DNA of 15,127 bases from Bdellovibrionales bacterium (GCA_050250255.1 JBFWOZ010000058.1:1-15127), one strand, 5' to 3'; shown: positions 1 to 9,232, counted from the first letter of the stretch. The notes: generated from the letters alone by a model not told the origin. Translations and numbers: made by a program.

Positions 1-165
1 GTTCTCACTGGCGGGGCAAGCTTTGACGCTGACTTTCAGGATCAAACAAAAACGAGTTGTGCTATTTGCGCGAAAGCCGATGTACCTCTAACGGCCAATA
101 CGGCCGCAAAAAAAGAAACGACTCCAGCAGCGCAAGAGTCTTCTAAGAATCCTATCAACCGATAA
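1..165 (+). CDS. 3' part of a small protein with CxxC and a low-complexity tail (5'-truncated by the window)
   Basis: Frame +1 is open from base 1 to TAA at 163-165: VLTGGASFDADFQDQTKTSCAICAKADVPLTANTAAKKETTPAAQESSKNPINR*. It is not in the ORF track and shares a motif with the convergent neighbour. Confidence 0.6.
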   Translation, partial: VLTGGASFDADFQDQTKTSCAICAKADVPLTANTAAKKETTPAAQESSKNPINR

Positions 166-172
166 TTCGAAC

Positions 173-385
173 CTACTTTTCGGTGATGCTTGAACCCGTG
201 TTAGTCACAGTCGGCTGCTGAGATTTTTCAGCCTTTCTGAACTTCGTTGCAGAACCCAAGCGAACATCCGTCGCATTTCCCTGAACGCATGCTGGATCTT
301 TACTCGATGCTTGACCGGTAGCTGAAAAAGCTGTTGACCCTACGGCCAACAAAGCCATAAAAGAAAGAGCTTGTATCGTTTTCAT
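173..385 (-). CDS. Small secreted protein (70 aa) with Sec signal peptide and polar, disordered mature part
   Basis: ORF 173..418 restarted at ATG 385 (MKTIQALSFMALLAVGSTAFSA, a typical signal peptide), preceded by the RBS-like GAAAGGA. Confidence 0.75.
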   Translation of the reverse strand: MKTIQALSFMALLAVGSTAFSATGQASSKDPACVQGNATDVRLGSATKFRKAEKSQQPTVTNTGSSITEK

Positions 386-433
386 AAGAGTCCTTTCAAT
401 GAATGGAAATCCACTCACTATTACTATCGGTAA

Positions 434-449
434 AGCGAACCATATGCCA
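434..449 (-). promoter_or_regulatory. Candidate sigma54 (-24/-12) promoter for 173..385
   Basis: Minus strand reads TGGCAT-ATGGT-TCGCT versus consensus TGGCAC-N5-TTGCW, with exact GG-N10-GC spacing. Confidence 0.55.
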
Positions 450-504
450 TAGCCTCATCCCATTTTGATTCGCTAAGGACCACTGCTATTTCTTATAGGC
501 CCTT

Positions 505-536
505 ATCTCGCTTTGAGACTGACTAAACTTTTGACA
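505..536. promoter_or_regulatory. Possible enhancer-binding-protein sites upstream of the sigma54 element
   Basis: Imperfect palindrome aTCTCGcttTGAGAc (505-519) followed by GACTAAACTTTTGACA, about 55-90 bp upstream of the -24 box. Confidence 0.3.
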
Positions 537-737
537 GTTGCTGATCAAGATACGGCCTCTATAAACCGCTCAATAAACATAAAAATTCTTCCAGAGAAAA
601 GTTCGGTCCGTGATTTTTCTCTCACGCCATCGTAAAAGAAAATCAACTTTGGTTACAAAAAGTTAATGAAGCGGTAACGCCCATACGATCTGCGCTATGT
701 TAGCTTCTTTGAAATTTTAAAGCAGGAGTTGATTTAA

Positions 738-1868
738 GTGATCCGATTTGTTTTTATAGTAAGTGCCCTGTCACTGTCTGTTGCAAAAGCCCAAGTGCCC
801 GTTAAAAACATTGAAGACTGTGACCCATTAAAAAAACCGAAAATTGTAGATGAGTCTAAGGCCCCCACCGGCATTCCCATGATGTGGGTCGATCGCGGGC
901 CTATCGAAAAGCTTGATCTATTTTGGGGTGGTAGCGCTCCAGATCGCGCACCATACGAATCTCTTTTCTTTGATAAAAATAAAGCTAAGGGCACAAGCCC
1001 TGGAGTGAAATTAAAAGACGCTTATTGTGTGAAGTGGAGTGGGAAATTTAACGGCCTTCGAGGAAAAGAAGTTCATGCAGAAATCGCGGCTTCTCGCCTA
1101 GCCTGGGCCATGGGTTTCCTTGTTGAAGAAACTTACTACCGTGACCAAGGACAAATTATTTTTAGTACAAAGGGCCGTAACTACGACTCTCTCTCGTCAG
1201 AAGTGAAATCATTTATTCAAAACAATGGCAACTACACTCGGCCGATACGTCTTGAGAAAGAAGAGCCCGGGCAAGCCGAGTATACACAGACTTGGTTTTA
1301 TAATAATAATCTCATAAAAAATAATCCAGCAACGGCGAAATACTTTTCCGCCCTTGCAATATTCAATGTTTTAGTTGGAAATTGGGATTTAGGTAAAACC
1401 ATTGAGAAATCAAATAATAAAATTCTAGGAAGAATCAATGACAAGGGTCAGCTCGAAAATTGGTATATTATTTCTGATTTAGGTGGGTCCTTCGGAGAAA
1501 TTGGTGCACGCCAAATACTCAACCGAAACCATTCTAAATATGATTTTAAGGATTTTGATTTCAAATCCAATGGTGGAAAAAACGATCCTCCCGTGAGTTA
1601 TGTCGAAGGTCAGACAGTTCACATGAATATTGAAGCGGAAATCATCGAGGGACATCTGGAATCTCTTAAGAAAATTCCCCTTGCTCATGCCCAGTGGTTT
1701 GCAAACCACATCGCCCCTTTAAAGCTTGATCAAATTCAGCAAGCTTTCAAGGCCGCAGGTTCTACGGAGGAAGAAATTGTTGAATTTTCGCGCATTCTCA
1801 AAGCGCGCATCGATCAATTCGTCGGCTGCGTCACCAAGCCCGACACTTGTCGTAACTATGCCGAATAA
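738..1868 (+). CDS. Secreted atypical protein-kinase-like fold protein (376 aa)
   Basis: GTG start with AGGAG RBS and signal peptide (..LSVAKA/Q). Kinase-like motifs occur in order: GTSP loop, beta-strand Lys (KWSGKF), helix Glu (AEIAASRL), catalytic-loop-like NWDL...NN, and DFG-like SDLGGSFG. Confidence 0.6.
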   Translation: MIRFVFIVSALSLSVAKAQVPVKNIEDCDPLKKPKIVDESKAPTGIPMMWVDRGPIEKLDLFWGGSAPDRAPYESLFFDKNKAKGTSPGVKLKDAYCVKWSGKFNGLRGKEVHAEIAASRLAWAMGFLVEETYYRDQGQIIFSTKGRNYDSLSSEVKSFIQNNGNYTRPIRLEKEEPGQAEYTQTWFYNNNLIKNNPATAKYFSALAIFNVLVGNWDLGKTIEKSNNKILGRINDKGQLENWYIISDLGGSFGEIGARQILNRNHSKYDFKDFDFKSNGGKNDPPVSYVEGQTVHMNIEAEIIEGHLESLKKIPLAHAQWFANHIAPLKLDQIQQAFKAAGSTEEEIVEFSRILKARIDQFVGCVTKPDTCRNYAE

Positions 1869-1951
1869 AAGTGCCAGTGTCTTTTTTCTGGCTACATTGC
1901 GTCCATTCTATGAAGCAGCGTAGCCAGAAAAAAGACACTGGCACTTTTATT
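1864..1951. repeat. Perfect 32-bp inverted repeat with a 24-nt loop; probable bidirectional terminator or palindromic element
   Basis: 1864-1895 AATAAAAGTGCCAGTGTCTTTTTTCTGGCTAC is the exact reverse complement of 1920-1951. It fills the gap between convergent genes and gives a TTTTATT tail on both strands. Confidence 0.95.
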
Positions 1952-2339
1952 ACTGGATGTCGCTTTCGTTAACTTGGTAATCGTTCGCCTCTTGAGTGAG
2001 GGAGCGTACTTGAGCTTTTGCGGACTCAACAGTAGATTTCTTTTCCTGACTACCTTGATAAGCATTGCTGCGTTCAAAGTTTAATTGTCCACGAGTCGCT
2101 TTTTGGGGAGCATTAGCACCAAATACCCCAGAAACTTTTTGGCCTAATTCGCCTGTAACATCTTTTAAGACCTTTGAAAGGCCGCTTGCTACTCCTTGAA
2201 CCTGAGTAGTGAGCCAAGAATCCTGAATGAATAAAGCGGCTCGCTCTTCGATGGTGAAAGTTCCCACTTTAATCTGCATCAAAATGATAAGAACTAACGT
2301 AAACCCGAATATTTTTAAAACAAAGAGAATATCCTTCAT
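1950..2339 (-). CDS. Hypothetical membrane-anchored protein (129 aa)
   Basis: N-terminal hydrophobic helix (IFGFTLVLIILMQI); GGGGAGG RBS; ATGA overlap with the stop of the upstream response regulator, implying translational coupling. Confidence 0.8.
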   Translation of the reverse strand: MKDILFVLKIFGFTLVLIILMQIKVGTFTIEERAALFIQDSWLTTQVQGVASGLSKVLKDVTGELGQKVSGVFGANAPQKATRGQLNFERSNAYQGSQEKKSTVESAKAQVRSLTQEANDYQVNESDIQ

Positions 2340-2728
2340 GTGACCTCCCCCGTCTTTTCCATTTTAAAAGAAAGATTTTTTGAAAGCACGTTAAGAACTG
2401 TTTTAATTTCAAAAGGTTTTACTAAATAATCAACGCAGCCCGCCTCAAGAGCTTTAACGATCATGCTCTCTTGACCTTCGGTAGAACAGGCTAAAACACG
2501 CGTTCTTGGAAGCTGTTGCAAAATTTCTTTCGTGGCCTGAATTCCGCTCTTTTTCGGCATGACGATATCCATCACGATCAGATCGGGCTTATGCAGCAGC
2601 GCCATTTTCACGGCTTCTTCACCATCTGCAGCTTCTGCGACAACGTCGTAGCCCCCGCGCCTTGCAATCTGCACTAGGATTTCACGCACAAATGCTGCGT
2701 CGTCAGCAATTACCAACTTTGGTTTCAT
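2336..2728 (-). CDS. Single-domain CheY-like response regulator (130 aa)
   Basis: Receiver motifs IADD, MDIVMP (phospho-Asp), CST and KPF, with no output domain. Start moved to ATG 2728 (MKPKLVIADD). Confidence 0.9.
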   Translation of the reverse strand: MKPKLVIADDAAFVREILVQIARRGGYDVVAEAADGEEAVKMALLHKPDLIVMDIVMPKKSGIQATKEILQQLPRTRVLACSTEGQESMIVKALEAGCVDYLVKPFEIKTVLNVLSKNLSFKMEKTGEVT

Positions 2729-2734
2729 TCTTTG

Positions 2735-2773
2735 ATTATAGACTTGCGCAAAGTATGAACCCAACTACATAAT
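2735..2773. promoter_or_regulatory. Overlapping divergent sigma70-like promoters for the receiver gene and dedA
   Basis: Minus strand: perfect TATAAT (2735-2740) 6 nt before ATG 2728. Plus strand: TTGCGC-N18-CATAAT (2744-2773) 8 nt before ATG 2782. Palindrome TTGCGCAA at 2744-2751. Confidence 0.45.
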
Positions 2774-2781
2774 TTTCGGAT

Positions 2782-3444
2782 ATGGAGAACACGACCTTCA
2801 GTCACCAGTTGATCGAATTTTTAGCCGGCTTTGATGGATCCACGGCGTATGCGACAATTCTTGGAATTTTATTTGCCTGTGGCTTGGGTCTTCCCATACC
2901 TGAGGATATCACGCTCATCGCCGCAGGAATGCTCGCAGCGGCCGGCACAATTTCGCTTCCTGGTGCGTACTTCGTAGGGTACCTAGGTGTGCTTGTTGGC
3001 GACGCACTTCTCTTTTTTGCTGGACGAAAGTATGGCAAAAAAGTTTTTACCGTATGGCCTTTTAAAAGCATCATGACTCCTGAGCGCATTCTTCAAGCAG
3101 AGGGATGGATACAAAATTGGGCAAAAACGGTTTGTTTTGTTGCAAGATTTTTACCGGGCCTGCGAGCTCCAATCTATCTCACTTCAGGTGTGCTTGGAGT
3201 GAAACCTTCTGTTTTCCTTTTGCAAGACGGCCTTGCCGCTCTACTCAGCGTCCCCATTTGGGTGGCGCTTGGTCATTGGTTCGGATCCAATATTGATTTG
3301 GCTTTAGAAGTCGCGAAGAAATTTCAGATTGGAATACTGATTCTGGTTTTCTTTCTTATTTTAGGAATTGTGGGCTGGAAAAGATGGGTTAAAAAGAAGA
3401 CCATCGAACTCGAAGCTCAAGCTATCGACGTCATAAATAAATAG
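2782..3444 (+). CDS. dedA: DedA family inner-membrane protein (220 aa)
   Basis: Family motifs GLGLPIPEDITLIAAG, GD..LFFAGRKYG and ARFLPGLR, plus multiple hydrophobic helices. Confidence 0.92.
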   Translation: MENTTFSHQLIEFLAGFDGSTAYATILGILFACGLGLPIPEDITLIAAGMLAAAGTISLPGAYFVGYLGVLVGDALLFFAGRKYGKKVFTVWPFKSIMTPERILQAEGWIQNWAKTVCFVARFLPGLRAPIYLTSGVLGVKPSVFLLQDGLAALLSVPIWVALGHWFGSNIDLALEVAKKFQIGILILVFFLILGIVGWKRWVKKKTIELEAQAIDVINK

Positions 3445-3460
3445 ACACAACATCTATTTT

Positions 3461-4663
3461 TTAGCGGCCCCAAATGTAGCCGAGTTCAAACATAGTAAAT
3501 GTATTATTCACAGGAACATTCGTGGGCGTTGTTCCCGTATTAGGATCTGCACGGTTCGCAGGCCCGCTGTAAAGAGAACGTTCCATATAATAAGAAAGTT
3601 TAAAAAACATTCGGCTCGTACGCGCGAGCTTGTATTCCCCACCTGCAGAAAATCCAATTCCAAACGTTTCGCTCTCTGTCCCCGACTGATGTACAACTCC
3701 ACTTGTAAGCTCTTGGGTTTTTGTAAATGGAGCGACTTCTAATCCATACACCCATTGATACCTGAGTCCGCTCGGAATTTTTGTTTCTGCCGTCACACGA
3801 GGACCACCGGATTTTAAACGCACACGCTGCTGTTCTTCGGCAGGAAGCTTAAAAGTATATTCTCTGTAATCTAATCCTAAGGTAAAAACCGGAACGCTTT
3901 TTCCCATTCCGAAAAATCGACGAAACCTTAAACCAGCATTCATCCACTCATGAGCTGCCGAAGCATAGCTCTCTGAGGAAGGTGAATTACGAACGCTTCC
4001 TGCAATTGTTTTTTTATAACCCACTTCGATACCAAAAAGTGGCGTAAACCAAATATTACTTGCTAAAGAAAAGCCGGGAGCAAAATTGTTATAAGAACGA
4101 TACCAGTAGGAAGAAGTACTTTCGTTATATAAAAAAAGTGGAGCGACCTGAATTTCTAATAAATTCCGTCGTGGATCATCTGGTGGTAAAAAACTTCGGT
4201 ACTCATCCAAGCTCTGAGGTGAGCCACCAATGACCATATCCCGCGCCTGTTGAAAAAAGCCTTCCTCTTGAGTCTCTGCTTCTTCGGCACTCACAGGTTG
4301 TGGTGCCATCGCTTCAAAGTGAGAGGGCTTGGGCTCAGATTCGGCGGGAATGTTTTTCTCGACCGTGTTCCCCGCAAACATGCTTGGTTGTGCTATAGGC
4401 TTTGGAGCTTCTGGCGCTGGGACTTCTTTTTCTGGTTCTGATTTTTTTTGCGGTAATTCACGCGCCTGCTGATATTCTTCTGCATGCGATTTTTCTTTTT
4501 TCACTGTTTTTGGCTTAACGGTATAGCGACCAGAATTCACATCCTTGTTGATAGGCTCTACCGTGGCAGAATTATTCATCATCCCCATAGATGGTGGATT
4601 TACTTGTGCCTGTGAACTCAAGACGAAAGTCATAGTAAGAAAAAACAAAGTGCAGGTTCTCAT
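3461..4663 (-). CDS. Putative outer-membrane beta-barrel protein with a disordered Pro/Glu/Lys-rich N-terminal region (400 aa)
   Basis: Restarted at ATG 4663 (MRTCTLFFLTMTFVLSSQA, signal peptide), which removes the overlap with 4739+. About 10 amphipathic strands end in FELGYIWGR. Confidence 0.7.
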   Translation of the reverse strand: MRTCTLFFLTMTFVLSSQAQVNPPSMGMMNNSATVEPINKDVNSGRYTVKPKTVKKEKSHAEEYQQARELPQKKSEPEKEVPAPEAPKPIAQPSMFAGNTVEKNIPAESEPKPSHFEAMAPQPVSAEEAETQEEGFFQQARDMVIGGSPQSLDEYRSFLPPDDPRRNLLEIQVAPLFLYNESTSSYWYRSYNNFAPGFSLASNIWFTPLFGIEVGYKKTIAGSVRNSPSSESYASAAHEWMNAGLRFRRFFGMGKSVPVFTLGLDYREYTFKLPAEEQQRVRLKSGGPRVTAETKIPSGLRYQWVYGLEVAPFTKTQELTSGVVHQSGTESETFGIGFSAGGEYKLARTSRMFFKLSYYMERSLYSGPANRADPNTGTTPTNVPVNNTFTMFELGYIWGR

Positions 4664-4704
4664 AATACAAAAATCGGTTTTCCTGAGAGAATCCTTTACG
4701 AAAT

Positions 4705-4733
4705 TTGACCTCTTACCTGAGAGGATGCAGAAT
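4705..4733 (+). promoter_or_regulatory. Sigma70-like promoter, probably giving a leaderless mRNA for 4739..6361
   Basis: TTGACC-N17-CAGAAT followed by 5 nt and then ATG. A CCTCT/AGAGG palindrome lies at 4709-4724. Confidence 0.5.
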
Positions 4734-4738
4734 GAGCT

Positions 4739-6361
4739 ATGCCTACAAAAACACACATCTTGAGCTGCATTATGGGTTTGTTTCTTCTCTGTTTTTTAAA
4801 TATCCAGGCTTTCGCCCAGCCCGTTGATAAAGCGACGACCTATATCAACGAATTAGACGATAACCTGACTATTCGAAAGTTGAGTGTCCTCCCAATCCTC
4901 GACAACGTGGATGGAATTTTATCCCGACCGTTTGAGAACGAACTCATAAATATCATTCAAAATCATCATCAGTGGAACTACATCGACGCAAAAACCGTAG
5001 GCCCCATGGCGAGCCCTGCAGATTTAGAAGCGGATCCCACAAAAGTGATGATGCTCGCAAAATCCGCAGGAGCAGATGGTGTCCTTTCAGGGCGAGTTTC
5101 CAAAGGGCCCGACGGAGTTTCTATTCAACTCAGTCTTTTTCTTGCTTACGACGGAAAAGTCTTTTCGACAGAAACCGTTAATAAACTTCAAAACTTTGAT
5201 GTGAAGGCACTTCAAGCTCAAGCGCGAGAGTTACTGAAAGTCGTCATGGGTCGAGTTCCTTATCAAGGTTTGGTTTTGAGCCGCACCAACAATCGGGTGA
5301 CTTTGAATATCGGAAAACGCGACAACGTCGAAAAAGATCAGATCGTCACCGCCATACAAATTATTAAAGCCATTCGTCATCCAAAGTTTCATGTTCTCAT
5401 CAACACGGAAAAAGAAATTCTCGGAAAAATTAAAATTCGAAAAGTGGAAGACACCTTGAGTTTTGGTGACATCATTTCTGAAAAAGAACGGGGCGTAATT
5501 AAGAAGTTTGCAAAAATCACCGGTGTGGATATCGTGAATTACGGCGATGCCTCTTCCGTCACCGAGGCCCTTGGCCCCTCCTCCAATGAGTCTATGGAGA
5601 AACCCGGAAACCAAATGGCCTTCGGTAAAGAACCTAAAGAATGGGTTCCCGTTCAACAACCAAGTTTTGGGCTTGTGAATATCTCTTTAGGGCTAGGGAA
5701 CTTTACTGCTAACTCGAGCATTGAAGGGTCCTCCAACATTAATGTTACAGCTCAAAAACCTTTTTACTTTAATCTTCGTTTACGTGGGGAATTGTGGCTG
5801 AATTCTCACTGGTCCGTAGAAACTCAAATTCGCCAAGGAACTATGTCCGTCGAGAATCCACGTTCAGGCTCTTCTCCCACCGAGCTAAATCTTGCGACCA
5901 ATAAATACTCTCTCCACGGCGGTTACAATCTTCTGATCCGCGATGATTTTTATGGTCCTAAAGTACAAATTCTTTTTGGTCTTGCACAATATTCTCTCGT
6001 AGCCGACAATTCAGCGCCGGTCGCGTTCACCAGCATGACTTATCGTGGTTTGGATTTAGGATTAAGAGGTTCTTTCCCTCTAGATGATCAGTGGCGCCTC
6101 GGAGGCCAACTGTTCTTGATGGTCTCGCCCGCTCTCTCTGAAGCTCCGGTGACCTCTGGCGGAAGCGTCACAAGCTCTGCTAGTAGCTATGCTCTCTTTG
6201 GCACTCGTAAGATGGGTCAGCGCCTAGAGGCGACTGGAAGTTTGGAATTTGAATATTATCAATCAAGCTACGAAGGCACTGGCTCTCGTATAGGAGAAGT
6301 AGCTAAGACCACGAGCCAGCGTATCACCACCTTTTGGGGTGGAATCAATTATATGTTCTAG
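4739..6361 (+). CDS. Secreted protein with CsgG/TolB-N-like and FlgT-C-like periplasmic domains and a C-terminal beta-barrel (540 aa)
   Basis: Signal peptide (..QAFA/Q); alpha/beta segment (LAKSAGADGVLSGRV); FlgT-C-like segment (GLVLSRTNNRVTLNIGK..GKIKIRKV); ~10 amphipathic strands ending GINYMF, a Bam-type terminal Phe. Confidence 0.65.
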   Translation: MPTKTHILSCIMGLFLLCFLNIQAFAQPVDKATTYINELDDNLTIRKLSVLPILDNVDGILSRPFENELINIIQNHHQWNYIDAKTVGPMASPADLEADPTKVMMLAKSAGADGVLSGRVSKGPDGVSIQLSLFLAYDGKVFSTETVNKLQNFDVKALQAQARELLKVVMGRVPYQGLVLSRTNNRVTLNIGKRDNVEKDQIVTAIQIIKAIRHPKFHVLINTEKEILGKIKIRKVEDTLSFGDIISEKERGVIKKFAKITGVDIVNYGDASSVTEALGPSSNESMEKPGNQMAFGKEPKEWVPVQQPSFGLVNISLGLGNFTANSSIEGSSNINVTAQKPFYFNLRLRGELWLNSHWSVETQIRQGTMSVENPRSGSSPTELNLATNKYSLHGGYNLLIRDDFYGPKVQILFGLAQYSLVADNSAPVAFTSMTYRGLDLGLRGSFPLDDQWRLGGQLFLMVSPALSEAPVTSGGSVTSSASSYALFGTRKMGQRLEATGSLEFEYYQSSYEGTGSRIGEVAKTTSQRITTFWGGINYMF

Positions 6362-7185
6362 ATTTTTTGAATGTTAATAAAATCAAAGTGCCGTCTATTT
6401 TTAGGATGCTTCATATTGCTAATAAAGATTTGATCCACGAGTCCCAAAGACTCAAGCTGTTTCACTAGCAGTAAAACATCACTCGTATTGATAGGAAAAA
6501 CTCTTAACACACCACCGGACTTTATATGATCGAAAATTCTAATCATAATCTGCAAAGCTGCTTCTCGATCCACTTCCATCATTTTTTCCAAAACAAAAAT
6601 TAATGACCAGCTAGAAAACACTTCGTCAAATTGGGCTCTTTTTCCATCTGCTGTTTTGAGATCCAACTCTTGGAAAGCTTGGCCTACATAGCGAGACTGC
6701 ATGCGATTCGGAAGTTTGCCAATAAAGTATGATTGGGACTCTGGCTGTAAATAACTGATATCCACAGCAACGGCATCGACAGCAAACTCTGGAGTCACTT
6801 CTTTTTTCTGTAACACCTCTGAATGGAACAAAATTTCTCGTATAAAATCTGACATCCCCTCACCTAAACTCAAAAGTGACTTACGACCTTCAAGAACGTC
6901 TTTTAAATGAAATTCAGGGATACGATTTCCGGGGCGGATTTTTAACATTTTGTTCATTGTTTCGAAAGTGAGTCGATTGTAGTCAAAATCACGATCCGTG
7001 ATTACATCCCATACAATCTGCGATTGTCCTTTTGAATCAGTAGCGAGAGTATGTCGGCACGAGGCTGCTGCATTACCGGCTTGTACCTCCGGAAACGCTG
7101 TTAACAGAATAGACAGAGAAACAAATATCGCACTGAAATATCCAATAGATACGAACTGTCGCAACCAATTCCACTTAAACAACAT
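6358..7185 (-). CDS. Class I SAM-dependent methyltransferase-like protein with an N-terminal hydrophobic/signal segment (275 aa)
   Basis: Motif I LLSLGEGMS, motif II VAVDIS, FDEVFSSWSL and IKSGGVLRV. The ORF-track start at 7215 lies inside the groEL terminator, so ATG 7185 is preferred. The stop overlaps the convergent gene's stop at CTAG 6358-6361. Confidence 0.65.
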   Translation of the reverse strand: MLFKWNWLRQFVSIGYFSAIFVSLSILLTAFPEVQAGNAAASCRHTLATDSKGQSQIVWDVITDRDFDYNRLTFETMNKMLKIRPGNRIPEFHLKDVLEGRKSLLSLGEGMSDFIREILFHSEVLQKKEVTPEFAVDAVAVDISYLQPESQSYFIGKLPNRMQSRYVGQAFQELDLKTADGKRAQFDEVFSSWSLIFVLEKMMEVDREAALQIMIRIFDHIKSGGVLRVFPINTSDVLLLVKQLESLGLVDQIFISNMKHPKNRRHFDFINIQKI

Positions 7186-7201
7186 GACAGCTTTAGACTG
7201 C

Positions 7202-7232
7202 AAAAAAAAACCCAAGGTTTCCCTTGGGTTTT
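7202..7232 (-). terminator. Rho-independent terminator of groESL, possibly bidirectional
   Basis: Minus strand reads AAAACCCAAGG-GAAA-CCTTGGG-T9, starting 25 nt after the groEL stop. Confidence 0.9.
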
Positions 7233-7257
7233 CTTATTGCTTGATGGAAGCGTTGGA

Positions 7258-8901
<1,644 letters not shown>

Positions 8902-8926
8902 TTATCTCCTTATTGTACTTTTATAT

Positions 8927-9232
8927 TTAGTGGAAAATACCGAGGACATCGCTCTCATTGATCATGAGATAGTCTTCGCCATCGAGTTTTAATTCTGTGC
9001 CGGAATATTTTCCGAAAAGAACGTTGTCGCCTTCTTTAACATCAAGAGGGAGAACTTTACCGTCTTCAGTCACACGACCTTTTCCAACAGCAACAACTTT
9101 TCCGCGTTGAGGCTTTTCTTTCGCAGAGTCTGGAATGATAATCCCACCTGCTGTTTTTTCGTCTTCCGTCATACGTCTCACCAAAATACGATCATGAAGG
9201 GGACGAACACCGAGTTTGTTTGTAGATGCCAT
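8927..9232 (-). CDS. groES: Co-chaperonin GroES (101 aa)
   Basis: [25 protein letters not shown] and KYSGTE motifs; AAGGAGG RBS; directly upstream of groEL. Confidence 0.99.
   Translation of the reverse strand: MASTNKLGVRPLHDRILVRRMTEDEKTAGGIIIPDSAKEKPQRGKVVAVGKGRVTEDGKVLPLDVKEGDNVLFGKYSGTELKLDGEDYLMINESDVLGIFH

Noticed and set aside
1864..1951. Integron attC site or CRISPR repeat interpretation of the palindrome
   Set aside because: No RYYYAAC/GTTRRRY ends, no repeated units or spacers, and no integrase or cas gene in the window.
1726..2077. ORFs 1726..1923 (+) and 1892..2077 (-) share the peptide NKSASVFFLATL
   Set aside because: This is a by-product of translating the two arms of the inverted repeat; both ORFs overlap better-supported genes.
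4664..4756. N-terminal extension of ORF 3461..4756
   Set aside because: It overlaps the divergent gene and its promoter; the signal peptide begins at ATG 4663.
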